A DNA stretch of 63,906 bases, the filler included, from Atractiella rhizophila (taxonomy: Eukaryota): assembly GCA_021432655.1 (NCBI GenBank). It is 9 parts of 9 records of this genome, joined end to end, with 100 filler letters (N's around TTAATTAATTAA, not from the genome) between each part and the next. Parts side by side here need not be neighbours in the genome. Positions count along the whole stretch, not along the records: positions 39,245 to 46,938 come from MU272200.1; positions 47,039 to 54,709 come from MU272201.1; 7 more parts are not named here. One strand, written 5' to 3'. The position numbers and the translations under genes were made by a program. Under the pieces are notes generated by a model, which was not told where the DNA came from, ran no database searches, and saw only the letters and a list, made by a program, of their open reading frames with translations. Position 1 is the first letter of the stretch. The number at the start of each line of letters is the position of its first letter. Positions 39,245 to 51,097 of this stretch are shown one piece after another.

Positions 39245-40975
39245 TTCACACTCTCCCACCCCCCCTCGTTCCCGTCCGCCCTCTCCGAACTAAAGAGCTT
39301 CTCGTCTCGTCGACAAGCTTTGTTCGATTCCCCGATCGGGGAACATGACCTGTCTGTGAAAGCGGGATGGGAGGCGTTGGGGATCGGAAATGCGGCGTGG
39401 TGGATGGACGTGGAGAGGCCGAAGATGAGGGATATGAGGCTGATGGGAGAGATGTTGGATGTTAAGCTTCATCCGTTGACGATTGAGGATATCCTCTTGA
39501 ATGATTCGCCGGAGAAGACGGAGGTTTTTGAGAGCTTGGGGTATTATTTTGTCGTGTTTAAAGCGGATAAGGAGGAGAGAGTGGAGATGGATTGGAGGGA
39601 GGAGGAGAAAGGCGTCACGGTTTTTTTGGTCGTTTTTAAGGATGGCATTTTGACGGTGAGTCTCTCGATACTTTTCTCTTGGGGAAAGGCTGATGGACAC
39701 TTTTAGTTCCATTTCGACGATATATCCCTTCATATGAAGACCGTCCAAGACAAGATACAGCGTTTCGGAGTCGCACGACAAATCAGTTCTCGTCCGTTTC
39801 CTCTCTATTCCTGCCATTTGCCTGCACTGACCGGACGATGATGACAGATTGGATATGCTACGGCCTCATGGACTCCATCGTCGACTCCTTCTTCCCCATA
39901 GTCGACTTCTTAGAAGGCGAATGCAGAGCGATAGACGACTACCTCGTGGATCCACTCGGATCAACGTATGAGAGCACCATCCTCTCTCGTTTTCGGGCGG
40001 AGGGAGCGAAGCTCCTCGGTATCCAACTGGGAACCTATACCCCCGCTGATCATAAGCATCCAGAGTCGCAGCAGGTGCTGATCGTTGAACGGAGGAGGAA
40101 GAAGTATTGGTCGGTCCTCCCCATTCGGAAGAGGACGATTGAGAGGATCTTGCCTGCGTGGGTTGTCAAGAGGTTGAAGTGGATGGGAGATTGGGAGGAG
40201 AGGGAAGAAGTGGATGAGGTCGAGTTGAAGGTTAAGGTGGATCAGAATTCGGGGGAGGTGGGGAGTAGAGTGGTGGAGGAGAGGAAGAGCGAGGAGAGGA
40301 GGAGAGGGAAGGGTGAGGAGGAGAAGAATAAATATAACATGCTGTTCAGGATCGCGAGGATGCGAAGGCTGGTGAACGGCTTGTCGAAGTTATTGGAGGG
40401 TAAACAGGCTGTGGTCACCAGATTGAGGAAGAGGAGGGGTTGGATGGAGGACTTGCTTGGGAATCAAGGAAATGAGGGGTTGAAGCATGACATGGGCATC
40501 TACCTTGGTGATTTAGAAGGTCCGTCGTTCCCTTTCCCAATCATCTTAGTGGAGCGTTGATGGATGCGATGCTTAAACAGATCACGTTCTGACGATGCAA
40601 CAATCCCTTACTTTCTTCGAAGTGACATTAGCGCACGACCATCCCCTCTACCTCTCCGTCCTCCGCCTCTCCCTCGAGCGAACCAAGAACGTGACCGACA
40701 TCCGACTGATCGGCCTATCCATCGTCACTTTCACCTTCCTCCAGATCGTCCTCCTCACTTCCACTTTCTCTCTAAACGTGGAGGTGCCACACAACGGCGA
40801 CAGGCAAACTCATAGACTCCCAGATGGGAGCCGATCTCCATTCACCACCTTTTATTTGATCCTTGCTGGAATCGTTGTTATCTGCGCCATCACATGGAGC
40901 CTTGCTTATTGGATGATGAACAAGTATTATTGGAGCAAGAGGCGGAAGGGCAAGACTTATTTGAAAAACGCTTAA
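39245..40975 (+). CDS. CorA/Alr1/Mnr2-family divalent cation transporter, 5' truncated, multi-exon
   Basis: WWMDVERP, LHPLTIEDIL..EKTEVFESLGYYFVVF, DWICYGLMDSIVDSFFPI, IYLGDLE-DH, and two C-terminal TM helices with FSLNVEVPHNG at the GMN position. Confidence 0.9.
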
Positions 40976-41279
40976 TATTCTTCACTTCTATTTCTTGATG
41001 AGATATTATACCTGCGGGATTGGATTAGGACTAGAGCACACGGTTTCTTGCAGATATGTTTTCGTCGTCATTCAGCAGTGCCTTTTGGTGCTTCGCTTCG
41101 TTAGACGTGCCTCATCCATCCCCAAAAGAGTACAGCAATCGTTTCAGTCTCAATTCTCGCCGCCGCATGTAGTTACATTCATCATCGTCGTCTCATAAGA
41201 GACGTACAATCCTTATCCGTCTCATTTATTCCTACCTCCGACTGTGAAGTGTGTGCTTTCCTTCCGCTCCTATTCAAGC

Positions 41280-41897
41280 TTAGGTGCAAGGACGATTTCG
41301 ATCGATGACTACGTGCCCAGGAGCTTTCCCATTCTTCCATGGAATCTGTAACGTCTCTGTCCCACTCTCCCACACGCTGTCGTGCCCAACCTTCGATGTA
41401 CCAACCACATCAGTAGCGATCAGAATGTCTCCTGCGTATGCCCTGAAAGGTTCGGAATCCGTGAGATTCGGGAAGGTAACGGTGACACCCCCGGAGAGTA
41501 GGACGACATATTCTGTAACATTCGCTATCAGCTTTCTTGGAGGAAGGAATAAATGAGAAAACGAACGACGAGCCGGTGCATTGTGCAATCCAGCATCATG
41601 CCTTTCTCCAATCGGGTACTGAGTGTAAGAAGCGTTGGCGAGATCTCCAAGTTGGAGGATGTTGTTTCCTATCGTTCCGTTCTGTGAGGAGTTCGTGAAT
41701 CCGGGTTGGATCGCCCAACATTGAGCGTGGGAAATCCCTTCGCTGCCCCCAGTCCCTATGATGGCTGTGAGGAAGAGGGTGGAGTTCGGAGCGATGGCTG
41801 AAGGATTTAGACTTCTCGTTTCGAGAGGCGGCAGAGCACTCGCGGAGGGAAAGTCGAATAGCGTCAGAAGCGTCAACGAAAGGAAGGCGGGTATCAT
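41280..41897 (-). CDS. Small secreted cupin-like fungal protein (probably one intron near 41513-41567)
   Basis: Hydrophobic signal peptide, SHAQCW, GLHNAPA-YVVLLSG, ILIATD..GH, LQIPW..P.H.V....C: a conserved fungal secreted-protein pattern. Confidence 0.8.
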   Translation of the reverse strand: MIPAFLSLTLLTLFDFPSASALPPLETRSLNPSAIAPNSTLFLTAIIGTGGSEGISHAQCWAIQPGFTNSSQNGTIGNNILQLGDLANASYTQYPIGERHDAGLHNAPARRSFSHLFLPPRKLIANVTEYVVLLSGGVTVTFPNLTDSEPFRAYAGDILIATDVVGTSKVGHDSVWESGTETLQIPWKNGKAPGHVVIDRNRPCT

Positions 41898-42660
41898 TGT
41901 GGATTCGGAAAAGTTGAGATGTGAGGGCGATCATGATTGCGAAAGGAGCGACTGTTTATGAAGATGTGACAGTCGAACCTTGCCCCGCGTTTATTGTGCA
42001 GCTGAAGGAGCTAGGAATGAAGAGCTGATGGAGGAGGGCATGAAGTCGGAGTTTGGTAGCCATGATTGAATGCAAATATCGTTCGTTCCAAGGTAATCGT
42101 GAGCACTATTCTGCGTCAACGCGTCAAAGTCGTCAAAGCGGGCCGACTTTGAGATAGACTCACATCAGTGCACTCTACTCCACCAACTGGACTACTCCTT
42201 CCTTCACCAATTCTAACTTGAAATCCAAGGGGACCAATATCATCGCATGGCAAACAATAACACAGTCCTAACCCTACATTTCTCCGAATATTGTCTTTGC
42301 TCTCATGAATCCCTCAGTATGTATTAGCCAGTTTCCCAGAATTTCTCAAATCATGTTCGCCAATATCCTGAGTCATTACAACATCTTATCCAAGTGTTAT
42401 GCAATGTATTTGCTTTATTTAATTGACGTTGTTTATTGCACGTTTGATTTTCCCCCGTTGGCGGGAGTAGTCTGGAAAGCAGGGACGAAAAGATTCTTTC
42501 CTCTAACGTTAGGAATGTGTCTTCAAGACAATAGCGAAAGTCTGCAGAGCACGGGCGTCTGAAGGAGCGTCAATTCGAGCTAGTACTCATTGCAATGCCT
42601 CCGAGTCTTTGGATTGAAAGCAGAAAACAGGATGAAATGTGAAGAAGACAAAGAAGCGAG

Positions 42661-43920
42661 CTACGCCTTGACCAATCCCAAATCCATCCCCACCCCCAAG
42701 TCTACCTCCACGCCTAGAGCTCTCAATCCGTCCAATGTTTCCTCTTTCGCCCCTGGAAACCCCCCCACACCACCTACATCCACTATCCGCGTCCAAACCT
42801 GCAACATCCCCCTCTGCTTCCTTCGCCTCAGCTCTTCCACCAGTTTTGTGTCCACTCCCTCTGGCAAAGCGACATTGATGATCTTCACCGGGCAATCCTC
42901 AAAAGAGCGCACGAAGAAATCTGGATTCTCCTTCATTACTCCTACACGTCGATTATTGTCTGCTCGAAGAGTGAGGGTATGCAATTGACGGAAAGGTATA
43001 GGTGTCGAAACATAGTTAAATGTTTCAATGTCAGCACCGAAGTCGTCGATCTGTATTTCCTTGAGGGAGGAAGCTGAAGCGAACAAGAGTGCATGCAAGA
43101 AATTGAAGTCGAGGGAGTAGCCGTGCCGATTGATGATCTTGAGGGTGAGGAGATGGGACGGGAGGAAGGAGACGCGGGCCACGACGTCAAATAGGTTGTG
43201 CGCGATGGAGAGAGTGAGGTGCTTCAGATTAGCGGACGAAAGCACGCCTCCTCCCTTTTCGTTCTGCTCCTCGCCATCACTCGTAAGCTTGGGAAAGACG
43301 AGGAGCTTGTCCAATGGTCCAGGAACCCCGAGGGACAGTCCTTCGACAGTTCGTTGAGGAAGAGAAGCAAGCAAGAGTGCAGAGGACGCCATATCGTCTT
43401 TTACCGAATATTGAAACGACAAGTCGACACTCACTTCCTTCAAGCTTTGATAACGCTTCAAAGATTCCGCAAGCGCGTTCATAAAATTTTTCGCCCACTT
43501 CCCGCTCTTTATCAGTCTTGGATCTCCCCATAACCTCAGCTCAAACCTTTCAATCATCCCTCCCTCGAGCATTTTCACACACTCGCTCAAGTACTGAATC
43601 TGTTTGCTGATATCTAGTGGCCGTGACCTTCTCGTAGCTACGAAGTCGTAGGAACCGATACGAATGCATAAATGCCTGATGGAGGAGAGGAACGGGTGGG
43701 TGGAGAGAGGACGGAGGTATCGTGGAGTATTCCAAGCTGAGACCATGTCTAACCCATGCGCGGCGGAGAATACGAGATCACGAAAGAGCACTGGCGCGAT
43801 GAGAGAACGGAGGAGGCGGGATACGAGGGAGATGGAGAGAAGGGTCGTCTTGGAGAATGGGAGGGAAAGAATTTGTGCTACCAACTCTGGGGGGAGGGAG
43901 AGTAGGCGGAAACCAGACAT
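42661..43920 (-). CDS. Intronless F-box-like protein
   Basis: 419-aa ORF: MSGFRLLSLPPELVAQIL..SLVSRLLRSLIAPVLFRDL; C-terminal LRALGVEV. Confidence 0.82.
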   Translation of the reverse strand: MSGFRLLSLPPELVAQILSLPFSKTTLLSISLVSRLLRSLIAPVLFRDLVFSAAHGLDMVSAWNTPRYLRPLSTHPFLSSIRHLCIRIGSYDFVATRRSRPLDISKQIQYLSECVKMLEGGMIERFELRLWGDPRLIKSGKWAKNFMNALAESLKRYQSLKEVSVDLSFQYSVKDDMASSALLLASLPQRTVEGLSLGVPGPLDKLLVFPKLTSDGEEQNEKGGGVLSSANLKHLTLSIAHNLFDVVARVSFLPSHLLTLKIINRHGYSLDFNFLHALLFASASSLKEIQIDDFGADIETFNYVSTPIPFRQLHTLTLRADNNRRVGVMKENPDFFVRSFEDCPVKIINVALPEGVDTKLVEELRRRKQRGMLQVWTRIVDVGGVGGFPGAKEETLDGLRALGVEVDLGVGMDLGLVKA

Positions 43921-44486
43921 GTTCGATAAAGTGTTGCTACCCTAGAGACGGAGAAATGATTAGCTTGCGAAAAGATGTATTGGAGACGAGCAATTTATGG
44001 TGGAAGCAGCACTGTGCCACGGGTGATGCGATGAGGGAATCATCTCGCTGAAGTTGGATATATGTCTTTTACCTGCCTAAACCCCATAGTTGCTAGTCAG
44101 GACATGACATGCATCAATCTGTCGCCGAAGCAATACCGGTGGCGATTTCTCCTCACATCATCGAAGTGACACACAAGCGAGAAGGATGTAGAGCTCACCA
44201 CTTCTGATGTACCTATAAATCTATTCCTTTCTGCCTATCCAAGCTCAAGGCAACGTGCATCTACTTCCGCGCTGTCTTCGAGGCTTCGTCGGACGTACCC
44301 CTCGCTTTCGGAGACAGGCCGTTTCTGACTCCGGCATCATTGGGGTCGCATCCATTTCGCCTCAGAAATGATGTCCTGCACTTCTCGCAGGTGTGCGGCC
44401 AACTTTCGTAATGGTATAACAACTTGTAATTGCAATTCTGAAGCGTTAGTTTCGTCTAAATAGCTAAGGACTTTGAAATTGAGCCA

Positions 44487-45725
44487 TTAACCATCCCATC
44501 TGCGAAGGAATTGGGAACGTTGCGTCTCCACAGAAGCACGCTCAACTTCCACACCGAGTTCTGTCAATTTGGCCCACTCCTTGTCCTCCTTATCACTATT
44601 AGAAGATCCATCTCCCACATCTTCGATGTTCACCCAACGGTTCAGCAGCCCCTCCTCTTTCTTCCTCCTGAGTGTCTCCAGTATTATCAACTGCGTTTGT
44701 CTGGACAGACCGATTTCAATGGTCTCTATTGGAGCATTCCCAAACAAGCTAATCACCACTTCACCGTTCTGTTCTATCCAACCTCTACTTACCGCTCGCA
44801 ATGTGAGCTTTTTTAGCCTTTTGAAATCTATTGGCTGAAAAGCCGTCTTCGAGAGATCCAATTCGTGTTCGTAATCTTCAAATTCGATCTCCTCCAAAGA
44901 GGCGGAAGAAACAGAGAGGAGGTAATAAATAGAGTCGAAGTCGAAGTCGAGAGGCCAAGCACCGGGATTTGTGAAACTGAGAGTTTGAAGGTGGCAAGGG
45001 AGAGCATGAGGTCGTAGGGCGAGGCTGGAGAAATGGCTCTTAATTGTCAGAGCAAGGTGCTTTAAGCAAGGGGCAGAGAGTACGCTCTCTTTGGGCACTC
45101 CATCTTCGCTTGGATGGAAGATTATATCCAGTGGTCCATAAACATTGAGGGAGATTCGTTCGACCCGTGCCTGCTTGAGAGATGAAAGCAGCCGCGCAAC
45201 AGAGCTGGTGCTGTCCACGCCGTATTGGAACGACAGATCCATTTTCAACTCTCTCAGATCGGGATAATGTTTCAAGGATGCTTCCAACCCGTTAACGAAG
45301 TCTCCAGCCCAAATGTTACTCTTCATTTCCTCGGGATCTCCTAATACCGTCAACTCAAGAGCCTCAACGTTTAAGCTTTCTAGAGCTCTCAAGCATTCGG
45401 CCAGGTACTCGATCTCATGGGGCACCAAGTCGAAAAGCTCGTACTGGACCAGGCGGATGCGCAGGAGCCGTACCGAGGAGATGGCGGGATGCGAATCGAT
45501 GGAACGCAGATAGCGAAAACCCACCGCGGGTTCCAACCCCTTTTGAAGGCCGCACTTGGCAGAAAAGGTGAGCGTGCGAAAAAGTGCGGGTGTAACAAGA
45601 TCGCGCAGGGCACGGGAAACGAGAGAGAGAGATTGAAGGGCTGAACGAGAGGAAGAGTGAATGGAGAGGATTTTAGAAACCAACTCGGGAGGCAGGGAGA
45701 GGAGGCGGAATGGAGATCCGGACAT
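44487..45725 (-). CDS. Intronless F-box-like protein, tandem paralogue of 42661-43920
   Basis: 412-aa ORF: FRLLSLPPELVSKIL..SLVSRALRDLVTPALFRTL. Shares YL.EC, GDP...KS..WA..F.N.L..SLK.Y, DLSFQY and LGVEV with its neighbour. Confidence 0.85.
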   Translation of the reverse strand: MSGSPFRLLSLPPELVSKILSIHSSSRSALQSLSLVSRALRDLVTPALFRTLTFSAKCGLQKGLEPAVGFRYLRSIDSHPAISSVRLLRIRLVQYELFDLVPHEIEYLAECLRALESLNVEALELTVLGDPEEMKSNIWAGDFVNGLEASLKHYPDLRELKMDLSFQYGVDSTSSVARLLSSLKQARVERISLNVYGPLDIIFHPSEDGVPKESVLSAPCLKHLALTIKSHFSSLALRPHALPCHLQTLSFTNPGAWPLDFDFDSIYYLLSVSSASLEEIEFEDYEHELDLSKTAFQPIDFKRLKKLTLRAVSRGWIEQNGEVVISLFGNAPIETIEIGLSRQTQLIILETLRRKKEEGLLNRWVNIEDVGDGSSNSDKEDKEWAKLTELGVEVERASVETQRSQFLRRWDG

Positions 45726-46407
45726 GTTGTTTTCGTGCGGCTTTTGTGATATATTCAGTAGGGATATTCGAGATCAAAGTAAAGTGAGAATTTGCCTATC
45801 ACTTTGCACTAAGAATCCCCAATCACTTATCAGTGAGTGCAAACGATCAACGGTTATGTGATTTCATTGAGAAAAATCGCACATACCTAACAAGCCACAA
45901 TATAATATAAAGGTTGTGTGTAACGGGGAAAGGAAAAGGGGAAGGAAATATCCAGCATATTTATAATTCCGGGCTAGCGGCGAAGTGCACATATTTGGCA
46001 CGGCATCCGGAACGCGAGGCAAACGAAGCAAGCAGATGAAATCCGCCAATCTCCGTGGTTGGTAATAATATCGTAAATTAACTGCGTTAAGCAGAGCAAA
46101 GAATGAGAACGAGAAAAACACATGTCCACTACAAATGAATCTTGCGCGTCTATCCACCTCGCTCGTGCAGATTGAAATCTGCGAACAGTTTACTTCGTGC
46201 AAGATGAAAGCCATGACACAGGGCGGACTTTGCAGGTTACTGCCAGCCAATATTCTAATCTGCCAGGACGGTTAATACGACACTGCGACTCCGTTCCGTT
46301 GTATCTGCAACTGCCTTCGTTCAATCCTGAGTTACGAATGGTATGAAAGTCAACCCTTCCAGTCGCGTCTTACTTGATGCCTGAATTGAATACACATACA
46401 CTTTCTG

Positions 46408-46938
46408 TCACCCACCAACCTCCCTTACGATTCCTGGCCACTGCCCACAATCTTCCAATGTCCCCCTAGCAATTTCGATCTCGTCCTCTTGCCAGTCTCC
46501 AAAGAATAAACAAACATCAAGGTACTCCCCTGTCTTCCCATAATCAACCTGATCCCCTTTCTCTCGAAAGAACCAGTGGATGAAGTCTGGGAAATCAACA
46601 TACTCCATTACACAATACTCGAGTGTTACACGAGATATCGCCGTTGCGTTTTTGAGTGTGCTGAAGAACCGGCGGGAAACGAGGTTTGAAGTTTCTTCAC
46701 CGCCGTCGAGGTACAGGGTGGTGAGCTGTGTGAGGTGTGACAAGTCGAGCGGAGTGGGTAGGATGGAGGTCTTTCCATCAGCAGAGAAGGGCGCGAGCAC
46801 GAGCCTGAGATCTTCCAGAAGAGGTGGCAGAGAGTGAGCTGAGATGGAGAGCGGGAGGGGACACATATTGGAGAGGTGCAGGCGATGTAGGGTGTGTGGG
46901 AGAGAGAGGTATGGGGAAGGCGGGTACTCATCAAGTTC
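46408..46938 (-). CDS. C-terminal fragment of an LRR-like (probably F-box-associated) protein, 5' truncated
   Basis: LPPLLEDLRL..LDLSHLTQLTTLYLDGG; ORF is open to the scaffold edge. Confidence 0.55.
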   Translation of the reverse strand, partial: ELDEYPPSPYLSLPHTLHRLHLSNMCPLPLSISAHSLPPLLEDLRLVLAPFSADGKTSILPTPLDLSHLTQLTTLYLDGGEETSNLVSRRFFSTLKNATAISRVTLEYCVMEYVDFPDFIHWFFREKGDQVDYGKTGEYLDVCLFFGDWQEDEIEIARGTLEDCGQWPGIVREVGG

Positions 46939-47038
46939 NNNNNNNNNNNNNNNNNNNNNNNNNNNNNNNNNNNNNNNNNNNNTTAATTAATTAANNNNNN
47001 NNNNNNNNNNNNNNNNNNNNNNNNNNNNNNNNNNNNNN

Positions 47039-50000
47039 GGAGAGAGGGAGAGGGATGGGGCGTGGGAAGTGGAGGTGTGGTATCCGGGCGAAGGGATGGA
47101 GGAGGCTTTTCTTGCGACGAGGAGAATGGACACTACAATACCGGATAAAGTGACGGTGAGGTTGTGTTTGGATGGGAAGGAGAGGATGGTGGAGGTGGAG
47201 AAGGATGCGTGTGTGGGAGAGCTGAAGAAGTGGGTTAAGGAGGAGGTGGAAGGATTGGAGAATGAGCAGGAGGTGTACTTTGTTATGGCTGGGAGAGTTC
47301 CGGTTGATGACGAGTTGTTGGGGTTGTTGATGGCGGGAAGCGAGGTGAGTCTCAGTCTTTTTATTTATTTTTGCTGTTAGTGCTGTGTAAACGGAGGGAA
47401 TGTTGCTCTTCTAACGTTGAGAAGAGCGGTGAGGTAGGATGGAAGAGGTGGAGCACCGTTTCACCCCTTTGCTACATTCTCCTCTTTACGTGTTCTAAGT
47501 ATGATGGATGGGCCGAGAGTCGTGTCTGCGAGTTGATGTATTCGTGCATGATGAGTGGACAGTGATTGTAAAGGGGTGACCAAATGTTTTCCCGGAGATA
47601 TGGAGTCTCCTTTTTGTGCTTCAATCTAATGGACAGCCGAAACTGCTCAATTCGAGCTCTCCTTTCTTAATCTCGCTGGTGTATAACACCTTACGTCAAC
47701 GGGCATCATCGAAAAATTGCCGTTCCATTTAGAATAGAAGGGGAGCAGTAGCAATATAACAGCGCCGTCATTTGGTATGATGACTGAGTTCAGAGGGGAT
47801 CTTGGCATTTTCTCAGTAAGGAATGGCCTTGTGTCAGGAGGTGAACTAGTTGTGTGATTGCAGGCCGGCATTCTGTTCCCTACGTCAAAATTTGTGATGA
47901 GACGAGAGACGAGAATGCAGAGAAACATTGAGGGAAGGAGCACTCAGTCGTTCTTAACAGTCTTCTGGGTGCGTTTTGAAAAGGGATAGTAAATCCACCA
48001 TTTGTTTTCATTGCCTTCTTGGCTAGTTTCGATATGGAAGTTGTCTACATTCTCTGTGTATTTCAAACATCGACTGAAGAGTAAAACATGGACGTCGTCC
48101 TTGACCCTTTCTGCCTTGACCGAAGCTGTTTGGACGCGTTGTCGGTCTTATTTTCTCGATATCATGCTTATATCTCTCGTTTGAATTGGGATACTGATTC
48201 TTTACTGCCAGTCGCGACCAGTGCCGATTTTAATCCACCCGTCTAATTCGAAGGTGACCTGGAAGTCCGTCGAGCCTGCAAAACTGGCTCTTCTGCTGGA
48301 TATCACTGCGACTCGCACAGCTCCAACCTTTGTTCCTCCCCCGAACACCAAGCCTGCGTTGTCTGCTCTTCCCCCTCAGAAAAAGACCGCCTTCTCGCCT
48401 TCTAATACGACACAATCAGGGCGCGATGATATTTTGAAGAACAAAACAGAGCGGCCGAGTAGCAACGGGACCACCAGTGCTGCTTCGACCAACGGATCTC
48501 TACCAGTCTTTTCCTCTTGGATGGACTTTGATCCGAACAAGCCTTCAATGCGAGAGATTTCGGATCCCGACGTTAGGAATAACGTCAAACCAGAGGCAAA
48601 TGGCACTACTGCTAACGGTTCTACGAGCAGCATTCCGAGTGATCTTCGAGAACCGTCTTCGCTGCGACAACGCCTTCGCCTCCCTTTGAGTCGTCCAGTC
48701 CCTCTTTCGAGGTCTCCGTCTTCCTTTCGATCCGCTTCTCAACCTCCAGAAACTGCGCGTTCCACTGCTGTGTTTACTCCTAGCACCTCTCCTCCAAACC
48801 GCTTCACACCACTTGCTCCCCCAATGGGCCGTATGAACCGAACGTCCTCCGACCCCGTCCTAACAGCAACAGCATCCTCAGCAGCTGCGACAGCAGTCCA
48901 ACCGCCATCTCGCCCAAAACCAGATCTGCCCGACTATACAAAGTTTTTGCAGTTCATGAGGAAGCTGTCGAACGCACAACGGTACACCCTTCTTCAGCAA
49001 TTAAATCGTGCAAGTGGCGTTTATAAGAGTTGGCTGAAGAATGAGAAGGGCGGGAACCGGAGAGATGGCTGGGAATCGTCATGGGATACCGTCGCTAATG
49101 TCACTTCGTTCCCCTTCAGCGCAGAATCGGCGACGCCGTTTGGTACGAGAATGGTTTCTTCCCAAATTTTGCAACTTATAACGAGGGACAGGGGAAAGAG
49201 CAAAGTTTGATATCCCTAAGGACGTAAAAGCTCAGGTTGAGCAGCTACTACGAGATATAGACGTATGGGAATGGATTGAGAAACAGGTATTGAAGTTGAA
49301 ACAAGCTGAATATACATCCTTGACGATGAGCAACAACGGGCGAGTGACCTGGAAGGTCGTTTATGTTGAGTATGTTTTATTCTCCCACATGAAAACTGGC
49401 TGAGGTGGAGAGTAGCAATCTACCCTACCTCCTTGTGAACGAGTATGCACATCCACGCCTCATCCCACGGACGCCAGATAGCGTCTTCCGCGCCGAAGCC
49501 GTCTATCACGTCCTCACCAACATTTCAGCCATAGTATCCATCAGTCACAATGTCGAAACCACACAACAAAGAGCACGCCTCATGCAACTTGCAAATACTC
49601 GACTCCTTCAGCGACCGTTAGGACGACATCAAGACATCCTGGATGGGCTCGGAATCGGACTCGGTGGCCCTGCCGTCGACGTTCGAGCAGGAGGTTTGGG
49701 AGCCGCCGGAGCAGGCGGAAGACGAGGGGTTGCCATCATCATCAACCTCACCGTCGTTGTTCAGATCCTTTACCGGTTGTTCCTTCTATGTGCCAAACTA
49801 GGGGTCTTGTTCCTTCTGTTTGGTCGGCATGTCTCGTGAGTATACCTCCACTTTGTTAACGACCTCGCTCACTTTGACATTCAGACCTACGAAACGATTT
49901 GTCATTCTCGGCTTGGCTTTTCTCTACTTTCTCTACCAAGCCCGTCAAATTATCTTTCCGAATGCAGATGCGGATCGAGCAGCTGCCAGGAACCGTCCTC

Positions 50001-51097
50001 GCAGGGCTCCGCGTCCTGCGAATCCCGTACCAGCGCCAGCTGAAGGGAATGCAGGTGCGAATCCGCCAGCGGCTGAGCCTGGGCCCGAACTGGATCGCCT
50101 TCGACAAGCGCTGCAACAAGCTGGTGTCGGAGCAGGAAATGCCCGTCCCGCTGCTCCTGCAGCACTAGGCCGTGGTATGGAGCGTGCTGCTCCTGCTCCT
50201 GTCCCTCCTGCTGGAAACAATCGTCCTCCTACCCCGACCCCTACCATTCGAAGGCGTGCGGCTGTACCAGCTTATACGAGATACTCTGTTTTCACCCCGA
50301 AGTATTGGATCATGCGCATGGCTTCTGTGGGCCTCATGACGGAGGCTCGAGAATTACAAGTCCCCCTCTCTTCAAGATCAACTGTCCCCCCTCCGCCTCT
50401 TCTACCTGAAGAGAATACTGCACTAAAACGAACTATCCGAATGACATGGACCGCAACCGTTTTGTTTTTTGGAACTTTAATACCCGAGGTGGAGAAAAAA
50501 AGGAAACGAGCTCTGGAGAAGAGGCAGAAACAGATAGCTCAGAAACGGATCGACGAGGCAAAGAAAAGAGCTGAGGAAGCTAATGCGCGCGCCACTCAAG
50601 CAACGGAGGCAGTAGCAGCTGCCTCAATGCCTCCCAATCCGCCTACAGAACCCTCAGGTCCACCAGTCGCGTCAACATCAGCAGTCACCATCGAGAACGC
50701 ACCATCAACCCCCACCCCCCAACCTCCTCCAGATCCTCGACGGAACAATCCTCCTCCTGCACCAGTACCTCATTCTTCCGCCTCTTCGGCACCAAGCACA
50801 CCAGCCGACATCCCTCCTGCCGCTCTTCCTCTGGAAGGGGAAGCACATATACTTGACAGAGGAGACGGCGGGCCGGGTCCTGCAGCCGTCCCAATGCTCG
50901 AAGCTGCCGGAGCTGAAATTCTTATACCCCCCGATGTACTGAATGCCGTCGACGACGCGGTCGCTGCTGAGATTGTTGGAGGAGCGGATACGCCAATTGG
51001 AGGAATGGACACGCCGAACGAAGGAATGATTACGGATGAAGAAGGTGGTGATGGAGAACAAGAAGCTGAAGCTGAAGAGGTCGCTGTCATCTTTTAA
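47039..51097 (+). CDS. Ubiquitin-like-domain membrane protein (HERP/Usa1-like architecture by inference), 5' truncated, with an 867-nt intron
   Basis: Ubl-like VTVRLCLDGKERMVEVEKDACVGELKKWVKEEV..VYFVMAGRVPVDDELL joins in phase 0 (GTGAGT at 47345 .. CTGAT..CAG at 48211) to SRPVPILIHPS. Later NLPYLLV, TM pair LFLLCAKLGVLFLLF / FVILGLAFLYFLYQA, and VLFFGTLIPEVEKKRKRAL. Confidence 0.7.
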
